Part shown: in pieces, positions 58,601-64,000 of the stretch
Position numbering within the stretch: the first letter of the stretch is position 1
Layout of the letters: each line of letters begins with the position of its first letter
DNA from: Bryobacterales bacterium
GTDB lineage: Bacteria; Acidobacteriota; Terriglobia; Bryobacterales; UBA6623
Assembly: GCA_963422375.2 (NCBI GenBank)
Contig: CAXXKD010000001.1
Span: 96,001 to 160,000 of the forward strand
DNA length: 64,000 nucleotides
Direction: 5' to 3'
Made by a program: the position numbers and the translations under genes
The notes under the pieces: model-generated
What the model was told of the DNA's origin: nothing
What the model saw: only the letters and a program-made list of their open reading frames with translations
The model's database searches: none

Positions 58601-59109
58601 CGAAAGTGCTTGACGCGATTGCGGGGGGATGGCAGATGTCGACAATCTCCACGATTCAGAGCGGTGGGTATGTCGGTGCCATCGTCAATAATGGCGGTCA
58701 GGTGAAGGGAGATCTTAGCGCCGGTCATGTATTGCGACCTAATCTGACAGGCGCACCGTTCAAGTCTCCTATTCAGAGGAAGCCAGTCGAGGGAGTGTAC
58801 GGGTTCCACTGGCTCAACGACGACGCTTTCGAAGTGCCGGAGCGATTTACGCTCGGAAATGCTTCCCGTAACCTGCCGGGCATTCGAGGGCCGGCTCTTT
58901 TTGATTTCGACGTGATGCTTGCCAAGAATTTCTATTGGGGCAAGGACCGCAACTGGCGAGCCATGCTGCGGGCGGAGGCCTACAGCTTGACCAACACGCC
59001 GCAATTCGCTCAGCCGAATCCGCAAGTGGACAGCGGAAACTTCGGTTTGGTCACAAGCGCGTTCGGAGGGCGGAGGGTCATGGAGTTCGGCCTGAGGATC
59101 GATTTCTAG
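55657..59109 (+). CDS. TonB-dependent receptor, Oar-like with N-terminal carboxypeptidase-regulatory-like domain
   Basis: GTVTDVTGAVIPGA, LPLAGRN, EFRVEVN...AEYGR, YLQDDWRV, NIAPRFGFAY, C-terminal FGLRIDF. Confidence 0.93.
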   Translation: MNLHWTNGLMLGAVAVLILVVPSVALAQGSGGTINGTVTDVTGAVIPGALVEVTNLENGVVTSTETGANGVYYLPNMPFGEYSIAAESEGFKRAEVSGVRLNASAEIQQSFALEVGALTEVVEVNAAQVQVQTTSGSVGSTVQVEQMMELPLAGRNIFNLVNLVPGAYRSRNGNISIGGGRTRSAGSFIDGINNTRGGLGVQNIEMVPPMESMHEFRVEVNSQGAEYGRSSAGAVHAVTRAGNNEIHGVLYDYVRNDVFDAISWNNKRNENPTKPKLRQNRGGAGIRGPIVKNKTFYAYTFDLFLNPRNVNRIRSVGRPEYRVGDFSNATQNRRQKAVLVPIFDPMTRKAGSFIRPRLSDPFPNNKIPASRFDPVAVKALSYLPSPNKTPNNLFNLAGNWSEQVRLVTNRTYHVGRIDHNFTDKWRVFLRTIFSDTNVNNAYSEGYGVADLNGSTSHQRRQNWGLDSTYTFNPNFFMRLTAGFNRVHLENHQGDCCDTNYAEVLGLPGLEKGGESFPRMQFNGRIPMTNIGGGYARRVAAFTNFDYDANFTKIRGNHTIKFGGKYTSFQGNELARQRPSGQWVSSGAFTRKWPKKGGANVNTGVPLGDFLLGHIWTVNARVAPPIGKRIKYWAGYLQDDWRVTPRLVINIGLRYETETPIYEVGGRMNGFCEYCAHPLAGQNGIPEDAIGRVLFPNRDGTGKYLWNWDWNNIAPRFGFAYRIKDDSSMVLRGGFGIYYGNPYDRNSIQPGRAGFDNIFARRNGIDTYLRDGLPAGALDYIPEEELTGGFGSMGTRFPTSTIQYWNQEREMPYSQNFNVMLQMRWKGVLWEFGGMASLARHQNFNNININQIRPKDLIEANSKNDAYRETFYPWRAWEAMEDQIQLMSPNWGISNYYAGTFRSEKRYQNGLGWTVAYTHTQWIDNVRFIGNADTFGNNFYPQSVYDLRNERSSSGSRLPHRIVFAPIFELPFGRNKRWGDRWPKVLDAIAGGWQMSTISTIQSGGYVGAIVNNGGQVKGDLSAGHVLRPNLTGAPFKSPIQRKPVEGVYGFHWLNDDAFEVPERFTLGNASRNLPGIRGPALFDFDVMLAKNFYWGKDRNWRAMLRAEAYSLTNTPQFAQPNPQVDSGNFGLVTSAFGGRRVMEFGLRIDF

Positions 59110-59152
59110 CGAGGCCGTGCCCTAGCTTGGATTACCCAGGAGGGTTTGGATT

Positions 59153-60200
59153 GGGAATTATACATCTGAGTGCCGACGACGCCATATCCGGCTAGAAGTG
59201 CTCTGATTGGGGACGTCGGCGTCTACCTCGGGTCATTCGTGTGCGGCTGAGGTGGGCACCGAAAGGTCGGTTCGTATCTGAATCGCGCCTGCAAGCGGAT
59301 TTGGCGGCGCACGGACTAGTGAGGCCGCCTCGGGCGCCCCGGTGGAACCCGGATTGCCGTGGAGAGGCTCCCCTTCCAGGGCGGCTGCATCTATGAATCG
59401 TCCGGGCTGGACACCGGTCGCGGCGCGGGATTCCGGATCCGGAGCGCCCTTCGCACCGAGCGTGAAGAGAGGCCGCAGCGGACCGGCCAGGCCGTGCTCG
59501 GGCCGCGACCGCGGCCTTGCCGACCAGTTGCCGGTAGGTCAGCGTCCGGCCGACCGGGCCCCGCGCCATGCGCCGCATCCGTTCCGCCGTGTCGCAGTTG
59601 CGGGCGTTGCACTGTCCCGCGAACTGCGTGAGGTAGCGACCCGGATGACGGACGCTCATCCGGTGATAGGTTCCGTAGAGGCCGCGCTTGAACAGGGACC
59701 GGAATGACTCGATGCCGTTCGTATGCGCCGCCCCGCGCGCGTACTCGCCGCTGGAGTGCTTGACGCCCTCGTGCGGGAACTCCGCCATGCCGGCGCAGGC
59801 CGCCGCCTCGTCGGAGCGGACCTGCGCGCCCGGCGCGACCCGGCCGCGCACGAAGCCCTGCCGGTCGCCCTCGGCGGTGCCCGGCAGCGGCCGCGCGGCC
59901 GCTGCGTTCGTGGCGCGGTCCCGCGCGCCCGCCACCGGGGTCTTGCCGACGGGCCCGCGCCCGGCGCGGGCCTTCTTGCTCTCGTGCTTGTTGCGCTCCT
60001 TGCCGCCGACGTAGGTCTCGTCCACTTCCACCGGGCCGACGAACAGGTCCCGGTCCCGCTCCCGGCAGGCGCGGATGCGGTGCGCCAGGTGCCAGGCCGA
60101 CTTCCGGCTGATGCCCGGGTCGCGGTGCAGCTTCATGCTGGAGACGCCCTTGAGGCCGGTGGCCAGCAGGAACAGGGGCACGGCCCAGACGCGGTAGCCG
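59153..60200 (-). mobile_element. IS1595-family element copy 3, 5'-truncated, transposase pseudogene (59498-60200)
   Basis: Right IR GGGAATTATACATCTGAGTGCCGA at 59153; transposase lacks the N-terminal Zn ribbon; stop codon changed to CGA at 59498-59500. Confidence 0.92.
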
Positions 60201-60654
60201 CAGCCTAGCCTGCGGTTCACCAATCATTGGATCGGGGTGTACAATCCCTCCAACCCGCTGCGACCTAGGGAATCGGGCGTATCCGGGACACCGTGAGGAG
60301 GACCCTCCGCCGGAGCCGAGCGGGACTGGCCCTATCGCGAATCCAGCCAGTCCACACGACCCGCTAGTCCCTAGGGAAGGTCTGATCTGGAGTCGCGATC
60401 CCCTCGCTCCGCATTCCGGCCCTAGGGCGGAGCCCATCATGGCAGGAAAGCATGGTGCCACAGGAGCCGAACCGCTGTGCTGTCAGCGCCCGGGTTGGGG
60501 GTGCCGGGCAGGCCCGACAGCAGGCAGGAAACCTATGCTCCCGGGGACTGCCTCACGCCCTGCGCACTCCCTCTGTCGCTCGACCGAGCCGCCGAAGAAG
60601 CGACCCGCGTGAAGGCGACCGGGCAGGGCGGACGCCCGGTCGCCGCGCACCGGG

Positions 60655-63600
60655 CTAGAAGATGAGCTTCAGGGCGAACTGGTTGGTCCGCATCTCGCGG
60701 GCGCTTGTGATCACGCCGAAATTGCGCGAGCGCGGGTTGCTGTTGGGATTGTTCCAGTTGGGGTGGTTCGCGAAATTGAAGGACTCGAAGCGGAACTGGA
60801 GCGTGTACCGTTCGCCGACAGCAAAGTCCTTCATCAGCGAGAAGTCCCAATTGCTGAAGCCGGGACGCTGCAGTGTGTTGCGTCCACGGTTGCCGTCGCG
60901 GTAGGTCAGTTCGTTGAAGCCGGCAGCGTCCGGCGCGTTGCAAGCGATCGTGGCCGAGCGGCCGTCCGCATCCTTCTTCCAGAACTCCTGGGGCGTGGGA
61001 CTGCTTACTTGCGGGTCGCCGATGGCGTCGCCGCGGTTGTTCTGTCCGTTGCCGTTAAGGTCGCTGCAGTGGCCCCCGTAGATCGGCGTGCCGTTTGACA
61101 GCGTGACGATCGATCCGAGCTGCCAGCCTCCCGCGACGGCCTGCGCGGCCCTGTTCTGGAATCGGACCGGCAGCTGGTACAGCACGGAGGCCGTGAAGCG
61201 GTGCGGCGTGTTGAATTGCGACAGGCCGCGCTCCTTGCGAAGGTTGTAGTTGTTCGTCGGGAAGAGCACGTCGCCGGAATTGGTGCGGATTGCCGAGCCG
61301 CTGTCGATCGACTTGGCCCAGGTGTACCCGATCAGGTACGTCAGGCCCTTGGAGAAGCGCTGCTGCACCTTGACGCCGAGCGCGTTGTAGTTGGAGTTGA
61401 CCACGTTGCCGATCGTCTGGATGCGGCCGTAGGCGTCGCCGAACGGACGGCGATCCCTGGTGGACGTGCGGTCCAGGGGCCCGCTGCGCTCGACGGGGGT
61501 GTTGAAGCCGTACATGCGCTGGAGCTTGTGGCCGGCGCTGCCTGAATAGCCGACCTCGAAGAGCAAGGTGTCGGTCAGCTGGTGCTGGACGTTGAACAGG
61601 TACTGATGGACATAGGGCGTGCGCCGGTTAGCGTCGTTGGCGAACGTGTACAGGCGGACGAAGCAGGGCCCGGTGTAGTCGCCGCAGCCCGAGGAGCGCT
61701 GGTTGGCCCAGGGATCGTCAAGGTTGTCCAGCGGGAACAGGTCCTGGGAGCGCGCCGTTTGGCGCACGCCGAAGTTGCGCCCCATGTCGAAGACCGGGTT
61801 GCCCGTGTCCTGGGCGTAGTACACGCCGTACCCCGTGCGGATGGTTGTCCTGTCCCCCAAGCGGTAGGCGAGGCCGAAGCGCGGGGCGAGGTCGTTGGTG
61901 TCGAGGATCTGGGTTGCGTGGTTGTGCAGGATGTCGTCGCCGGTGGCCTTCGGAACGATGTCGGCTATGCGGAATCCCAGGCCCTCGTGAAAGTCTCCGT
62001 CCCCTGGCCGGACGAGCACGGGCATCTGGCAGTCGGGATCGATAGCCCGCTCGGACGCTCCTGGGCAGAACAGCTTCACGTTCATGATGCCGCGGTAGCG
62101 GTCTCTGAACGGGGGCGTCAGCTCGTACCGCAGTCCGATGTTGAAGGTGAGGCGCGGCGTGGCCTTCCAGGAGTCCTCCAGGTAGAGCGAGAAGGCAGTC
62201 GAGCGGAACTGGACATTGGCGATGCCGGGTGCCCGAGTCGCTTGGCGCGTCCATCCGAGCAGGCCCGTGGCGAACGCGTCGCCGGTCGAGGTCAGCCGCG
62301 CGGGGTGGGCCGTGTACTGGCTGGGGAACTGGAAGTGGCCGCGGGGGAACTGGTTGCCGATCTGGTTGTAGCGGCGATCGATCACGTCCCCACCGAATTT
62401 CAGGGTGTGGTTGCCGCGGACCCAGCTCGCGTTGTTCACGATCTGGTACGTCCGGTTGCGGTTGATGAACGGCCCGCCGGTCTGCTCGCCCCATCCAGCG
62501 ACCTCGCTGTTCCCGTTGAAGCTGATCTGCGGGGTGCCCCATGCCGCCTCGATCGGTGAGTCGAGGCCCGGGATGCCCAGCTCTGCCGTGACGTCCCGGA
62601 TTCCGTTGAAGTAGGTGAGCCGGTCGTTGTCGAATAGGTTGGCTCCAAGGCGCAGTTCGTTCACCAAGGTCGGGGAAAAGGTGCGGATGTTCGAGAGCAT
62701 GACTTGATCGACCTTGGTCGTTGTGCGCAGGTCGCGGAACTCGAAGTTCTGACCGCTGACGAGGCGCTCGTCGCCCCAGCTGTAGCGCCCGTACCATTGC
62801 GAGGACTCGCTCTGATGGAAATCGATGCGGGTGGTGAACTGGTCCCAGTCCAAGGGGTCCGGCGCGTTGCGCACATAGTTCCACGGCGGGTCCGAGCCCC
62901 CCACTACCGCCCCGGACATGTTCGGCTCCGGATAGAACTCGAACATCTGCACGAAGGGCTGCTTGAAGCGGGCCAGCGGGATGCGTCTGTTCGTGAACGG
63001 GGTGGCCGTCCCTCCGGTTTCGCTGTCCTGGATTGTGTCCGGATCGTAAATCTCGAAAAGGTTGGGGTTCGAAAAGTCGCCCGCGCGCATGGCCGCGTCG
63101 GCCACCGTGCTCCGCCGGACACGCTGGATGCGCTGCCGGAAGCCCTCGTAGTTGGCCATGAAGAAGAGCTTGTTCCTAGACACCGGTCCGGCTACGGTGA
63201 ACCCGTACTGGTTGCGACGGAACGGGTTCTTGTCGCCGTCGAGCTGCCAAGGCCTCGCTTGGATCTTGTCGTTGCGCAGGAACTCGAAGAAGGCGCCGTG
63301 GAATTCGTTCGTGCCGGCGCGGGTGGTGACGTTGATCTGCGCTGTCGACTTGCCGAACTCGGCAGAGTAGACACCGGTCTGCACCTTGAACTCCTGCAGG
63401 GCGTCCACGGAAGGCCGGACCACGAAGGTGTTGAAGTTCGGGTCGGTGTTTTCGACGCCGTCGAGCGTGAAGCGGTTGTACTGCTGGCGCTGGCCGCTCA
63501 CGGAGATCGCTTGGTTCGCTCGCTCGCCGCCCTGCCGCGAGTTGGCCTGCCCGCCGGAGCCCATCTCGGCCGACACGTTCGGGCTCAGCTTGACGAGGTT

Positions 63601-63999
63601 CAGGTAGTTGCGCCCGTTGATCGGCAGGTCGACGATGCGCTGCTGCTCGATGACGGTGCCCAGTGCGGTCGAAGACGTTTGCAGCATTTGCGCCCCCGCC
63701 TCCACCTCGATGATCTGGGTGATCACGCCGATCTCAAGTGCGAAGTCCACGCGGGCCACGTCGCCGACTTGGAGGGTCCAGTCTTCCTGCCGGGTGGTCT
63801 TGAAGCCTTCTGTCTCGGCCTGCAGGTCATACACGCCCGGGTTCACGAAAGGTACGGTGTAGTTTCCGGCCTCGTTTGTTTCGGCCTCCCGGGCCGCGTT
63901 GGTCGCGATGTTGGTGATGGTGACCTTGGCTCCCGCGATGACGGCACCAGTCGAGTCGGTTACGGTTCCGGTGAACTCGCCGAATGTCTGCGCCTGCGA
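60655..63999 (-). CDS. TonB-dependent receptor, Oar-like (5' end runs off the window)
   Basis: Frame open to the window edge (AQTFGEFTGTVTDSTGAVI); LPINGRNY, LQEFKVQTG..SAEFG, YLEDSWK, LAPRFGLAY, QFALKLIF. Confidence 0.93.
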   Translation of the reverse strand, partial: SQAQTFGEFTGTVTDSTGAVIAGAKVTITNIATNAAREAETNEAGNYTVPFVNPGVYDLQAETEGFKTTRQEDWTLQVGDVARVDFALEIGVITQIIEVEAGAQMLQTSSTALGTVIEQQRIVDLPINGRNYLNLVKLSPNVSAEMGSGGQANSRQGGERANQAISVSGQRQQYNRFTLDGVENTDPNFNTFVVRPSVDALQEFKVQTGVYSAEFGKSTAQINVTTRAGTNEFHGAFFEFLRNDKIQARPWQLDGDKNPFRRNQYGFTVAGPVSRNKLFFMANYEGFRQRIQRVRRSTVADAAMRAGDFSNPNLFEIYDPDTIQDSETGGTATPFTNRRIPLARFKQPFVQMFEFYPEPNMSGAVVGGSDPPWNYVRNAPDPLDWDQFTTRIDFHQSESSQWYGRYSWGDERLVSGQNFEFRDLRTTTKVDQVMLSNIRTFSPTLVNELRLGANLFDNDRLTYFNGIRDVTAELGIPGLDSPIEAAWGTPQISFNGNSEVAGWGEQTGGPFINRNRTYQIVNNASWVRGNHTLKFGGDVIDRRYNQIGNQFPRGHFQFPSQYTAHPARLTSTGDAFATGLLGWTRQATRAPGIANVQFRSTAFSLYLEDSWKATPRLTFNIGLRYELTPPFRDRYRGIMNVKLFCPGASERAIDPDCQMPVLVRPGDGDFHEGLGFRIADIVPKATGDDILHNHATQILDTNDLAPRFGLAYRLGDRTTIRTGYGVYYAQDTGNPVFDMGRNFGVRQTARSQDLFPLDNLDDPWANQRSSGCGDYTGPCFVRLYTFANDANRRTPYVHQYLFNVQHQLTDTLLFEVGYSGSAGHKLQRMYGFNTPVERSGPLDRTSTRDRRPFGDAYGRIQTIGNVVNSNYNALGVKVQQRFSKGLTYLIGYTWAKSIDSGSAIRTNSGDVLFPTNNYNLRKERGLSQFNTPHRFTASVLYQLPVRFQNRAAQAVAGGWQLGSIVTLSNGTPIYGGHCSDLNGNGQNNRGDAIGDPQVSSPTPQEFWKKDADGRSATIACNAPDAAGFNELTYRDGNRGRNTLQRPGFSNWDFSLMKDFAVGERYTLQFRFESFNFANHPNWNNPNSNPRSRNFGVITSAREMRTNQFALKLIF

Positions 64000-64000
64000 C

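Overview
High-GC bacterial chromosomal segment. The two Oar-type TonB-dependent receptors, the Planctomycete-type DUF modules and the hypothetical proteins suggest Acidobacteriota (Bryobacter/Solibacter-like); this taxonomic call is an inference. It carries housekeeping genes (hisS, rpsA-like, eno, ribB-type, xth, recX, anmK, pyc, ctaA-like), an ECF sigma cassette, two sulfatases, a cytochrome c-WD40/PPC/DUF1549-DUF1553 operon, a DUF1592-family haem protein, and signs of genome erosion. The erosion includes two decayed genes and an AT-rich nest of IS30, IS1595 x2 and IS630 between eno and ribB, plus a third IS1595 between the receptors. I saw no CRISPR array, tRNA or rRNA. The best candidate for something undescribed is a mutational process rather than a gene cluster. 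The GC-rich IS1595 and IS30 copies are degraded mainly by T>C/A>G changes (W>R, L>P, V>A, Y>C, stop>R), often creating CCGG, while the neighbouring IS630 decays by ordinary nonsense changes. Other notable signals are a compositionally mosaic TonB receptor, recurrent 9-20 bp exact tandem duplications, widespread leaderless-type promoters including a symmetric bidirectional one, and no visible avoidance of CTAG. Family assignments come from motif recognition by eye, not from database searches.
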